This document shows, piece after piece, positions 33,745 to 45,023 of a stretch of 64,000 nucleotides of DNA. The notes under the pieces were generated by a model. It saw only the letters and a list, made by a program, of their open reading frames with translations. It was not told the DNA's origin and did no database searches. How positions within the stretch are numbered: position 1 is the first letter of the stretch; each line of letters opens with the position of its first letter. Both the position numbers and the translations under genes were made by a program. Source of the DNA: an uncultured Bdellovibrionales bacterium (lineage in GTDB: Bacteria > Patescibacteriota > Minisyncoccia > Moranbacterales > UBA1568); the NCBI GenBank assembly GCA_964384235.1, contig CAYLJX010000001.1, positions 86,792 through 150,791 on the forward strand. Direction: 5' to 3'.

Positions 33745-33850
33745 TCATCCCCGCGCAGGCGGGGATCCAGTCTGTTTTGTCGAAGGGTCATCCCGGGCTC
33801 CCGCCCGAACGTATCAGTTCGGTACGGGCGGGCGACCCGGGATCCAGTAT
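33745..33850 (+). terminator. Two tandem terminator-like hairpins after htrA, each ending in 'GGGATCCAGT' followed by a T-rich tail
   Basis: 'atccccgcgcaggcggggatccagtctgttttg' and 'tcccgggctcccgcccg...cgggcgggcgacccgggatccagtattttg'. Confidence 0.45.
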
Positions 33851-33980
33851 TTTGAATCTGAATACTGAATAGTTAAAGAGGCTTGAAGGAACCTCTTTGA
33901 ATTTGTATTGACAATCGTTTCAGCGGGTGTAGGATAGGGCTGTCGTCGCGGGGGTGACGGTTTGATGCAAGGGGGATGGC

Positions 33981-34193
33981 ATGGAACATGAGGAAGCGGA
34001 GTTTTATTTGAAACCGGGACAGAAAGTGGTGGCATACGGCGATCCAAGGCTCTTGGCTCAGGGTATCCAGGAAGGAGAACAGGGCACTGTGAAGGAGGGT
34101 CGGGGTTTGAGCTTCTATGCCGTAAGTTTTCAGCACGGCGAACGCACCGTGGTAGCTTTCTGTTATGCCGGCTGGATACATCCCATCCAGTAG
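33981..34193 (+). CDS. Hypothetical small protein (70 aa)
   Basis: Has its own TTGACA promoter (33908-33936), RBS 'agggggatggcATG', and a terminator at 34224-34258. No family recognised. Confidence 0.35.
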   Translation: MEHEEAEFYLKPGQKVVAYGDPRLLAQGIQEGEQGTVKEGRGLSFYAVSFQHGERTVVAFCYAGWIHPIQ

Positions 34194-34223
34194 CATGACG
34201 GACAACGTGTAAAAGGGTCTGGT

Positions 34224-34258
34224 GATGCGTCTAACGCCAGACCCCTATTTTTTCAGGG
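34224..34258 (+). terminator. Rho-independent terminator
   Basis: 'gggtctggtgatgcgtctaacgccagaccc' followed by 'ctatttttt'. Confidence 0.55.
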
Positions 34259-34277
34259 ATTTCGTGGACGCATACGA

Positions 34278-34304
34278 TTAGCACTCTCATGTTGAGATTG
34301 CTAA
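34278..34304 (+). promoter_or_regulatory. CIRCE element (HrcA operator) upstream of clpB
   Basis: 'TTAGCACTCtcatgttgaGATTGCTAA' against the consensus TTAGCACTC-N9-GAGTGCTAA (one mismatch). Confidence 0.6.
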
Positions 34305-34335
34305 TTTTTTGTTTTTGTGATAAATTGAGTCCATA

Positions 34336-34387
34336 AAGTGGAAAGTCTAAGTGGAAAGTCTAAGTGGAAAGTCTAAGTGGAAAGTCT
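34336..34387 (+). repeat. Four perfect tandem copies of the 13-bp unit 'AAGTGGAAAGTCT'
   Basis: Direct tandem repeat between the CIRCE element and the clpB promoter. It carries the same 'AAAGTC' core as the boxes at 34383-34457 and 20322-20410. Confidence 0.8.
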
Positions 34388-34457
34388 ATAAAGTTTATCA
34401 AGTACTATATACAAAGGACTTTCTTGGCTTTATTGAACTTTACAGACTTTACAAACT
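34383..34457 (+). promoter_or_regulatory. Putative operator: box1 'AGTCTATAAAGTTTATCAAGT' and box2 'GAACTTTACAGACTTTACAAACT' (heptad direct repeats), overlapping the clpB -35/-10 (TTGAAC-18-TATTAA)
   Basis: Both boxes recur with the same order and orientation relative to the minus-strand VIT1 operon, at 20322-20344 and 20390-20410. Confidence 0.45.
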
Positions 34458-34463
34458 ATTAAT

Positions 34464-37115
<2,652 letters not shown>

Positions 37116-37146
37116 ATCAGGAATAATAAGTCCCGAAAAAAAGAAC

Positions 37147-37176
37147 CTCTTCTAAGGTTCTTTTTCGATATGATAT
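37147..37176 (+). terminator. Rho-independent terminator after clpB
   Basis: 'aaagaacctcttctaaggttcttttt'. Confidence 0.55.
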
Positions 37177-37240
37177 AGTAAAAAAGAAGGATTTTTCTTC
37201 GTCATGATTCTCAATTCTTGATTCCTGATTCTTCTCCAAA

Positions 37241-37996
37241 ATGGTCTTCCATTTCACGATATTTTTCTGGAGCGTCGTTTTCTTTCTCGGATTGGAAACG
37301 GTCACCCTGCGGCCGGTCTCCCTTTCGTGGAGCTGGTACCTTTTTTCCGTCTTACCGCTCCTCGTCATTTCCCTCATGGCGAGCCGCCGCCTCACCAAAC
37401 GGTATGCCGACGGATTCATCCCGATGCTTCTTTCACTCTCGGCACCGACGCTTCTGTCACTCATCGATCACCCTACGCAGAGGCAGGTTTTCGTTTTTCT
37501 CGGAGCGCTCATGTACTATTTCGCGCTTCTCGGCATCTACCGGTTGCGTCACAATCCGACGGATCGGACAGGACAATCATTTCTCAACGCCGCCGCCATG
37601 GCCGGCATGCTTTTCTTCTATACCGGCATGTACGGTTTCTTTCTCAACTTCAACTTTCCACTCTGGGGACTGATGGCACTCTACGCGGTCGGCACCATGC
37701 TCACGAGCTATGAGACGTTCATCGGACGAGAAAAGAAGGAACGACACCGCGTGCTCACATACAGCCTGCTCCTGGGACTCATCATGGGGGAGCTCGTCTG
37801 GGTGATAAGTTTCTGGCCGTTCGGATATCTGACGACCGGGACGATCGCGCTCATCCTTTTCTTTCTCGTATGGGACATCGCGTTCGACGCCTTTCGGCAG
37901 TCTCTCTCGCTCAAGAGAGCGCTGTTCCGGATCGGCTTTTTCCTTGGACTGACCCTTCTGCTCTTTTTGAGTTCTCCGTGGAGAATCCTTGTCTGA
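37241..37996 (+). CDS. Hypothetical polytopic membrane protein (start uncertain)
   Basis: About 7 TM helices; no family recognised. Confidence 0.45.
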   Translation: MVFHFTIFFWSVVFFLGLETVTLRPVSLSWSWYLFSVLPLLVISLMASRRLTKRYADGFIPMLLSLSAPTLLSLIDHPTQRQVFVFLGALMYYFALLGIYRLRHNPTDRTGQSFLNAAAMAGMLFFYTGMYGFFLNFNFPLWGLMALYAVGTMLTSYETFIGREKKERHRVLTYSLLLGLIMGELVWVISFWPFGYLTTGTIALILFFLVWDIAFDAFRQSLSLKRALFRIGFFLGLTLLLFLSSPWRILV

Positions 37997-38024
37997 AGAA
38001 GGAAAACGTGATACAAAAGGAATA

Positions 38025-39197
38025 ATGTTTTCCTCTATGTTTCTCAAAAAATGCCTCAAATACGGGCTCATTGCGATAGCTGTTTTCGTTTTGGGTGGGA
38101 TCGGCGGAGTGACCTTTGAACGCTACGCCGTACCGCGTCTGGCGGGCATACCGGAGCTTTCGCAGATGCGTTTCTTCAAGAAGGCGACCGAGAATGTCAC
38201 CATCATCAACAAGACCGAGCAGGTCGTCATCCGCGAGGATGATTCGGTGGAACGGATCGTGTCCCAGCCAGCGACGGCCGTCGTCAATATCGTGACGGAA
38301 AAGAGCGTGACGCCGGCAGCTTCGACCGCTGTCAGGCAGGAGGGCAACACCGAGACCGGCGTCCTCCTTACCAACGACGGGCTCATCGTGACCTATCACC
38401 AGTCCGCGCCGACCGATGCGACACTTCGTTACTCGGTGCTTCTCTTCGACGGTACCAGTCACAAGGCCGAGTATGTCGGTCGTGATCCGCTTACCAATCT
38501 CGCCTTCTTTCGGCTCCTTGACGGAGTGAACGCGCCGGCCATCGCGCTCGCTAATTCCGATGACGCGCGTACCGGCAGGAAACTCATCGCCATCGGCAAT
38601 GCGGCTGGCGAGTACCAGAACCGCCTCTTCGTCGGCATCCTCGAGAATATCGACCGGACATTCAACCTTTCCGGCAAGACGGTGGCCTCGTCGGAGAAGT
38701 GGGAGGGTGTCTTCGATATGAACCTGGACAACCCAGAGGATTTCGTCGGCGGTCCGGCTATCGGTTTCAACGGTGAGATGGTCGGGTTGGTGGGGGAGAT
38801 GGATCTCGATACTGCCAAGCGGTCCTTTCTCATCCCGTCCAATGTCGTCCGTGCCTCTATGGATAGAGTGATCGGCGGTAAGCTCGAGACGCGTCCGGTC
38901 CTCGGGGTGTACTACCGCTCCATCACCAAGGCGTATGCGCTCTCGCAGGGGTTGTCCCGCGACCGGGGCGCGCTCGTCTATTCACCTTCCGGCAAGACGG
39001 GACTCGCGGTCATCGCGGGGTCACCGGCTGATCGGGCCGGACTCCAGTACGGTGATATCGTCATAGCGGTGAACGGTGCCGAGATCAATCTCGACAATCC
39101 GCTCGCGCGTGCCCTGAGCCGTTTCGAGAAGGGTGACACTATGGAACTGACCGTGCTTCGAAACGGGGAAGAAAAGAAAATAACCGTACAACTCTGA
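38025..39197 (+). CDS. HtrA-like pseudo-protease with a PDZ domain and a degenerate catalytic triad (alternative start at 37989)
   Basis: Trypsin fold is recognisable ('VLLTNDGLIVTYHQ', 'LIAIGNAAGE', 'GFNGEMVGLV'). The Ser box reads 'DFVGGP' instead of GNSGGP, and the Asp position reads 'NLAFFRL'. C-terminal PDZ 'GSPADRAGLQYGDIVIAVNG'. RBS 'aaaaggaataATG'. Confidence 0.65.
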   Translation: MFSSMFLKKCLKYGLIAIAVFVLGGIGGVTFERYAVPRLAGIPELSQMRFFKKATENVTIINKTEQVVIREDDSVERIVSQPATAVVNIVTEKSVTPAASTAVRQEGNTETGVLLTNDGLIVTYHQSAPTDATLRYSVLLFDGTSHKAEYVGRDPLTNLAFFRLLDGVNAPAIALANSDDARTGRKLIAIGNAAGEYQNRLFVGILENIDRTFNLSGKTVASSEKWEGVFDMNLDNPEDFVGGPAIGFNGEMVGLVGEMDLDTAKRSFLIPSNVVRASMDRVIGGKLETRPVLGVYYRSITKAYALSQGLSRDRGALVYSPSGKTGLAVIAGSPADRAGLQYGDIVIAVNGAEINLDNPLARALSRFEKGDTMELTVLRNGEEKKITVQL

Positions 39198-39198
39198 T

Positions 39199-40446
39199 AT
39201 GAGACAATCGCAACTGTTCACCAAGACGAAGAAGGAAGCGCCCAAGGACGAAGTATCCAAGAACGCAGAGCTTCTCATCCGGGCCGGTTTCATCCATAAG
39301 GAGATGGCCGGAGTATACGCGTTCCTGCCGCTCGGGCTTCGCGTCCTCAATAACATCATCGGGATCATCCGCGAGGAGATGAACAGGATCGGCGGACAGG
39401 AATTGTTTCTCACGGCGCTCCAGAATCCTGAACTCTGGAAGACGACGAACCGTTGGGATGATACGATTGTCGACAACTGGTTCAAGACGAAGCTGAAGAA
39501 CGATTCGGAACTGGGCTTGGGCTTCACGCACGAGGAACCGATCACGGCTGCCATGAAGTCCTTCATCCAGTCGTACCGTGACCTGCCGTTTTCCGCTTAT
39601 CAGTTCCAGACGAAATTCAGGAACGAGACCCGGGCCAAGTCCGGTATCATGCGCGGACGTGAGTTCATCATGAAAGACCTGTATTCCTTCGCTCGGACGG
39701 AGGAGGAACTGGATGCGTTCTACGATCAGGCAGCCGAGGCCTACAGGAAAGTCTTCGCCCGTGTCGGTCTCGGAGAGAAGACCTATATGACGTTCGCTTC
39801 CGGAGGGGTGTTTTCCAAATACAGTCATGAGTTCCAGACGCTCTGCGAGGCGGGTGAGGATATCATCTACGTCGACGAGGAGAAAGGCATCGCGGTGAAC
39901 AAGGAGGTCTATACCGACGAGGTGCTCGGTGACCTTTCCCTCGACAAGGATAAGCTGGTCGAAAGGAAGTCAGTAGAGGTCGGCAATATTTTCAAGCTGG
40001 GGACGCGGTTTTCCGAACCGTTGGGACTCATGTACAAGGATGAGAACGGCGAATCCAAGCCGGTGGTGATGGGATCGTACGGTATCGGACCGGGGAGGCT
40101 TATGGGGACGATCGCTGAGGTGCTCTCCGACGAGCGCGGTCTTGTGTGGCCGGAGGCGGTCGCACCATATCGCGTGCACCTTCTCTCGCTCAATACGAAC
40201 GAGAAGGCCGAGGAACTCTACAAGGACCTGCAGGCGGCCGGTATCGAGGTGCTCTATGACGATCGCGATACGTCGGCGGGAGAGAAATTCGCCGACAGCG
40301 ATCTCATCGGTATCCCGTACCGCGTCATTGTCGGCAAGCGCTCGATCGAATCCGGTGAGGCGGAGGTGAAACACCGTGCTTCGGGAGATGTCGAAATGGT
40401 TCCCTTTGCGGATCTCGTCTCGTATTTCAAAAAACAATCTTCATGA
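39199..40446 (+). CDS. proS: Proline--tRNA ligase (short form without the INS editing domain)
   Basis: 'MRQSQLFTKTKKEAPKDEVSKNAELLIRAGFIHKEMAGVYAFLPLGLRVLNNI', 'FTHEEPIT', 'QFQTKFRNETRAKSGIMRGREFIMKDLYSF', C-terminal anticodon-binding domain. Confidence 0.9.
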   Translation: MRQSQLFTKTKKEAPKDEVSKNAELLIRAGFIHKEMAGVYAFLPLGLRVLNNIIGIIREEMNRIGGQELFLTALQNPELWKTTNRWDDTIVDNWFKTKLKNDSELGLGFTHEEPITAAMKSFIQSYRDLPFSAYQFQTKFRNETRAKSGIMRGREFIMKDLYSFARTEEELDAFYDQAAEAYRKVFARVGLGEKTYMTFASGGVFSKYSHEFQTLCEAGEDIIYVDEEKGIAVNKEVYTDEVLGDLSLDKDKLVERKSVEVGNIFKLGTRFSEPLGLMYKDENGESKPVVMGSYGIGPGRLMGTIAEVLSDERGLVWPEAVAPYRVHLLSLNTNEKAEELYKDLQAAGIEVLYDDRDTSAGEKFADSDLIGIPYRVIVGKRSIESGEAEVKHRASGDVEMVPFADLVSYFKKQSS

Positions 40447-41144
40447 AGCGGAAAAAAGAGCGCATCATCATCTCGCTCGGAGGGTCGCTCCTTGTGCCGG
40501 AGAGCATCGACCATGATTTTGTCGGGAAGTTCAAGAAGTTCATCCTTGCCCATATCAGGCAGGGGTACCACTTCATTCTCGTGACCGGCGGCGGCAAGAC
40601 GGCCCGCAAGTACATCGAGGCCGCGGCCACCGTGACCAAGATCACCAATGAGGACAAGGATTGGCTCGGTATCCATGCGACGCGCATGAACGCGCACCTG
40701 GTGCGTACCATCTTCCGCGAGTATGCCCATCCGCGGATCAATACTAATCCTCATGACCTCGAGGAGTTCTATTCTGCTCCGGAGCCGATCCTGGTGGCGG
40801 CCGGTTGGCGACCGGGGTTCTCCACGGATTTCGACGCCGTGGTCCTCGGCAAGTATCTCGACGTCAAACGCATCATCAACCTCTCCAATATCGAGCGGGT
40901 GTACGACAAGAATCCGCACGACCACGCCGATGCCAAGCCGTATGATCGGTTGACGTGGAAGCAGTTCCGCAAGATCGTCGGCAACAAGTGGAATCCGGGG
41001 ATGAACTCGCCTTTCGATCCGATCGCGTCGCAGATGGCCGAGGCTGAAGGGATGGAAGTCGCGGTGCTGAACGGCGGCGACCTGAAAAACGTTTCCAACT
41101 ACATCGCCGGAAAAAAATTCGTTGGCACGCTTATCAAGGATTGA
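40443..41144 (+). CDS. pyrH: UMP kinase (amino-acid-kinase family)
   Basis: 'RIIISLGGSLL', 'HFILVTGGGKTARKYI', 'LGIHATRMNAHLV', 'VAAGWRPGFSTD'. Overlaps the proS stop by 4 nt. Confidence 0.7.
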   Translation: MKRKKERIIISLGGSLLVPESIDHDFVGKFKKFILAHIRQGYHFILVTGGGKTARKYIEAAATVTKITNEDKDWLGIHATRMNAHLVRTIFREYAHPRINTNPHDLEEFYSAPEPILVAAGWRPGFSTDFDAVVLGKYLDVKRIINLSNIERVYDKNPHDHADAKPYDRLTWKQFRKIVGNKWNPGMNSPFDPIASQMAEAEGMEVAVLNGGDLKNVSNYIAGKKFVGTLIKD

Positions 41145-41151
41145 CAAGAAT

Positions 41152-42102
41152 ATGGGAGTACGGAAAGTATTGTTGGCGTCGCCTCGGGGATTCTGTGCCG
41201 GTGTGGCCCGGGCAGTCAAGGCGGTGGAGGATACGCTTGTTCTGTTTGGTTCGCCTGTGTATGTGAAACATGAGATCGTGCACAATCGGCATGTGGTGGC
41301 CGATTTGGAGAAAAAAGGTGCGGTCACGATCGAAGACCTCTCCGAGGCGCCCGATGGCGCGGTCGTTGTTTTCTCGGCGCATGGGTCGCCACCTCGGCAC
41401 TACGAGGAAGCCAAGCGTCGTGGCATGCGGCTCATCGATGCGACCTGTCCATTGGTGACCAAGGTACATCTCGAGGTGCAGCGCTTTTTCAAGGACGACT
41501 ACGCTATCGTCTACATCGGGCACAAGGGACACATCGAGGGTATCGGCGTGCGTGCGGAAGCGGTCGGGCATGATATTCCGATCGTAGAAACGGTGGAAGA
41601 CGTGGAAAAGCTCGACATCGGAAGGCCTGAAAAACTCGTGTATCTCACGCAGACAACACTCTCTGTCGATGACACGAGCATCGTCATCGAAGCTCTCAAG
41701 AAAAAATATCCGCAGATCGTCGCACCACCGCTTGAAGATATCTGCTACGCGACGACCAATCGCCAAGGTGCGGTGAAGGAACTGGCTCAAGCGTCGGATC
41801 TTGTTTTAATTCTCGGATCCAAAACGTCTTCCAATTCCACACGCCTCATGGAAACGGCTCGTGCGCAGGGGACGGCCGCACACCTCATCGATGATGCCTC
41901 GCATATCGAGGGGGCTTGGCTCGACGGTGTGGAAACAGTCGGTATTTCCGCTGGAGCGAGCGCCCCGGAACACCTCGTGCAGGGCGTCGTCGAATACTTT
42001 GTCTCCCGCGGCGCGACCCTTGAGGACTTCCTCGTCAAGGATGAGAACATGAAGTTCGCAGAACCGCTGGAGTTGATGAATATTCGAAAGAACGGAATAT
42101 GA
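41152..42102 (+). CDS. ispH: 4-hydroxy-3-methylbut-2-enyl diphosphate reductase (IspH/LytB)
   Basis: 'LLASPRGFCAGVARAVKAVEDTLVLFGSPVYVKHEIVHNRHVV', 'VFSAHGSPP', 'IDATCPLVTKVH'. All three Cys boxes are present. Confidence 0.9.
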   Translation: MGVRKVLLASPRGFCAGVARAVKAVEDTLVLFGSPVYVKHEIVHNRHVVADLEKKGAVTIEDLSEAPDGAVVVFSAHGSPPRHYEEAKRRGMRLIDATCPLVTKVHLEVQRFFKDDYAIVYIGHKGHIEGIGVRAEAVGHDIPIVETVEDVEKLDIGRPEKLVYLTQTTLSVDDTSIVIEALKKKYPQIVAPPLEDICYATTNRQGAVKELAQASDLVLILGSKTSSNSTRLMETARAQGTAAHLIDDASHIEGAWLDGVETVGISAGASAPEHLVQGVVEYFVSRGATLEDFLVKDENMKFAEPLELMNIRKNGI

Positions 42103-43214
42103 AGATCGCGATTCAAGCTTCCGATCTTGATGCGCAGAGGATCGACGGGACGAGGGTGTATCTCAAGGAACTGCTCAGACGGTTCGGGACGTTGTCACCT
42201 GAGACGGATTTTTTCCTCTATCACAAGCATACTTTCAATCCTGTCCTGGAGCCGCCGAAGTTTCAGAATTATGAGGAGCGGGCGATTCCCTTTCCTAAGG
42301 CATGGATGCAGACGAGATTCGCATGGGAGATGTTTCGTACCCGTCCGGACAAACTTTTTCTCCCGATCCAAGCCGCGCCGCTCTTTCTTCCTTCCGGGAC
42401 GGACGTGACGGCGACCATCCATGACCTCGCCTTCAAACGGTATCCTGAGACGTTCCCGAAAGATCATCTCCGGAAACTCAACTTTCTCCTCGATGTCGTC
42501 GTGAAACGTGCAGACAAGCTCATTGCCGTTTCTGAATCGACCAAACGGGACCTTTTGGAATTTTTCCCCAAACTTTCCGAGGATAAGATCCGTGTTATTC
42601 ATCACGGCTTCGATGGCGACTTTTTCGGGAAAAGGCTCTCCTCGGAAGAAATTTCCGAAGAGCTCGAAAGCTACAAGCTACCAGCTACCAGCTATATCCT
42701 TTATGTCGGTGCCCTCCAGCCTCGTAAGAATCTCATCCGTCTCATTGAAGCGTTCAATATTGCCAAGAAGAGCGTACCTGACATGAGGTTGGTTCTTGCT
42801 GGTGAACCGGCTTGGCTCTCGGAGGGTATTCTCCAAGCGAGAGAGAAGAGCCCGTACAAAGACGATATCATTCTGACCGGGAGAGTCTCATTCAAGGATC
42901 TGCGTGCGTTGTATCAGGGTGCGAGATTCTTCGTGTTCCCGTCGCTCTACGAGGGGTTCGGTCTGCCGCTCCTCGAAGCGTTCGCTTCCGGGACACCGGT
43001 CCTCACCGCCGACAACTCAAGTCTCTCCGAAGTGGCCGGCCGCGGCGCGCTCTATTGCGACGCGCAGAGTGTCGAGGACATGGCCGAAAAAATGGAGCGC
43101 CTCTGGAAGGACGAAACGCTCCGAAACGGACTCGTCGAGCGTGGCACGGACCGTCTCAAGGGTTTCTCCTGGGACACATGCGCCAAAGAGACGCTGGAAT
43201 ATATTCTCAGGTAG
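42099..43214 (+). CDS. GT4-family glycosyltransferase
   Basis: 'ILYVGALQPRKNLIRLIEAF', 'FVFPSLYEGFGLPLLEAFASGTPVLTADNSSLSEVAG'. Confidence 0.85.
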   Translation: MKIAIQASDLDAQRIDGTRVYLKELLRRFGTLSPETDFFLYHKHTFNPVLEPPKFQNYEERAIPFPKAWMQTRFAWEMFRTRPDKLFLPIQAAPLFLPSGTDVTATIHDLAFKRYPETFPKDHLRKLNFLLDVVVKRADKLIAVSESTKRDLLEFFPKLSEDKIRVIHHGFDGDFFGKRLSSEEISEELESYKLPATSYILYVGALQPRKNLIRLIEAFNIAKKSVPDMRLVLAGEPAWLSEGILQAREKSPYKDDIILTGRVSFKDLRALYQGARFFVFPSLYEGFGLPLLEAFASGTPVLTADNSSLSEVAGRGALYCDAQSVEDMAEKMERLWKDETLRNGLVERGTDRLKGFSWDTCAKETLEYILR

Positions 43215-43279
43215 TCTTGCAAATTTCTAGTCTCTATGTCACAATATTTCTGCCGCAAGGCATTTTTTGTTTACAGAAT

Positions 43280-44737
43280 ATGGCGAAAGACCAGGTAGTA
43301 ATGAGATTCGATAACGTGTCCTTCGAATATGGGCACAAGAAACCGATCCTTGATGAGGTGAGCTTCAGCGTGCGAAGCGGAGCCAAACTCACCCTCATGG
43401 GACAGAACGGCGCGGGAAAGAGCTCGCTCTTCAAGCTCATCACCAGGGAACAGGAACCGCAGTCCGGCCGCATCTCCATCGACCGTGACGCCACGGTGGC
43501 GATCGCCCGGCAGGTCATTCCGCGTGAAAAACTCACCCTGACCGTAGAAGAGTTCTTCGCTGATCATTTCCCCGGCAAGGAATGGGAACTCCCTCCGGCC
43601 ATCAAGGACGTGCTCGCGGTCGTGCACATGCCCGTGCCGCCTCTGGACAAGAAGATGAACGAGTTTTCCGGCGGCCAGCAGGCGAGACTCCTTCTCGCGT
43701 CGGCGCTCATCCAGGATCCGGACATCCTCCTCCTCGACGAACCGACCAATAACCTCGACTACGAAGGCATCGCGCATCTCACGCAGTTCCTCGTCGACTA
43801 TCACAAGACCGTCATCGTCATCTCGCACGACGCGGAATTCCTCAATGCCTTCACGCAGGGAGTCCTCTACCTTGATGTCTTCACGCACAACATCGAGCAG
43901 TACACCGGTAATTACTACGACGTGGTCGAGGATATCAAACGCCGTATCGAAAAGGAACAGAGCGAGAACGTCCGTTTGGAACGCACCATCAAGGAAAAGA
44001 AAGAGCAAGCCAACGTCTTCGCCAACAAGGGTGGGAAACTGCGTGCCGTGGCCAAGCGCATGCGTGACCTCGCGACTGAGCTCGAAGAGAACAAGGTGGA
44101 CATCCGTCAGGAAGACGCGACGCTCCCGTCCTTCGAGATCGTCTGTCAGGACATCGTCGGGCCGATCGTAGAAATCAAGACCGTATCGCTCATCCTCGAG
44201 ATGGGTCCGGCGGTCAAACAGGTCGGTCTGACACTGAAGCGCAACACACACCTCCTCGTCTCGGGACGAAACGGCATCGGCAAGAGTACGTTCCTCGAGG
44301 CGCTCGCTTCAGGCGATACCGAACGCGCTGCCATCACGCCCGGCGTAAAGGTCGGGTACTACCGGCAGGATTTCTCGACGCTCGACTTCGACAAGACCGT
44401 CGCCGAGACACTTCTCGACGTGACGAAGGACAAGAGCATGGAAACCGTCTATCGGGTAGCGGCGAAGTTTCTCCTGCCGGCGGAGCTCGTCCAGAACCAG
44501 GTCGGGAGCCTCTCGGAAGGACAGAAGGGCCTCCTCATGTTCGCGTATCTGTTTCTCCAGGAACCGGAACTCCTGATCCTCGACGAACCGACCAATCACA
44601 TCAACTTCCGTCACATCCCGGTCATCGCCGAAGCGCTCGATAAGTACAAGGGGACGATGATCTTCGTCTCGCACGTGCCCGATTTCGTCGCGCAAATCCG
44701 CATCGACGAAGTCCTCGACCTCGAGTCCTTATCTTAA
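43280..44737 (+). CDS. ABC-F family ATPase (two ABC domains, no TMD)
   Basis: 'LMGQNGAGKSSLFKLI', 'FSGGQQARLLLASALIQDPDILLLDEPTNNLD', second cassette 'VSGRNGIGKSTFLEAL', 'LSEGQKGLLMFAYLFLQEPELLILDEPTNHI'. Start taken at MAKDQV; the longer track ORF overlaps the upstream GT4. Confidence 0.85.
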   Translation: MAKDQVVMRFDNVSFEYGHKKPILDEVSFSVRSGAKLTLMGQNGAGKSSLFKLITREQEPQSGRISIDRDATVAIARQVIPREKLTLTVEEFFADHFPGKEWELPPAIKDVLAVVHMPVPPLDKKMNEFSGGQQARLLLASALIQDPDILLLDEPTNNLDYEGIAHLTQFLVDYHKTVIVISHDAEFLNAFTQGVLYLDVFTHNIEQYTGNYYDVVEDIKRRIEKEQSENVRLERTIKEKKEQANVFANKGGKLRAVAKRMRDLATELEENKVDIRQEDATLPSFEIVCQDIVGPIVEIKTVSLILEMGPAVKQVGLTLKRNTHLLVSGRNGIGKSTFLEALASGDTERAAITPGVKVGYYRQDFSTLDFDKTVAETLLDVTKDKSMETVYRVAAKFLLPAELVQNQVGSLSEGQKGLLMFAYLFLQEPELLILDEPTNHINFRHIPVIAEALDKYKGTMIFVSHVPDFVAQIRIDEVLDLESLS

Positions 44738-44741
44738 TCTT

Positions 44742-44898
44742 TCTCCCTCGCGGTCAAGTCTTTCCTTTCGGAGTCGCTCGGTTGCCCGGCGTGCAACCTC
44801 ACTCCTGAAGCTCCTTTGTTCTCCCGCCTCTGGCGGAATCCATGCCCGCTTTCGGATCTTCAAGACTCCGAAAGAAAAGCTTGGCCTTCCGGTCGAAA
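44742..44898 (-). repeat. MITE-like structured repeat, copy 2 (inverted relative to copy 1)
   Basis: Its reverse complement aligns over ~155 nt with 32213-32393, including the terminal inverted repeats 'TTTCGGAGTC...GACTCCGAAA'. Confidence 0.6.
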
Positions 44899-45023
44899 CT
44901 AAAGATGTGAAGAAAAAATAAGGAGACTAATGGATCTCGTAATAGGAAAATGGATTTTAGAAAAGAAAAAAGCGCCGGTGGTGTGGATAACCACGGGCGC
45001 TCCAATTGATGGAAAGGAATCGG

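Noticed and set aside
34336-34387. Considered a mini CRISPR array
   Set aside because: The 13-bp units are contiguous with no spacers, and no cas genes are present. It fits a tandem operator repeat instead.
42812-43279. N-terminal extension of the ABC-F ORF (641-aa version)
   Set aside because: The extension overlaps the conserved C-terminus of the upstream GT4 gene in another frame. The ABC-F N-terminus aligns from MAKDQV at 43280.
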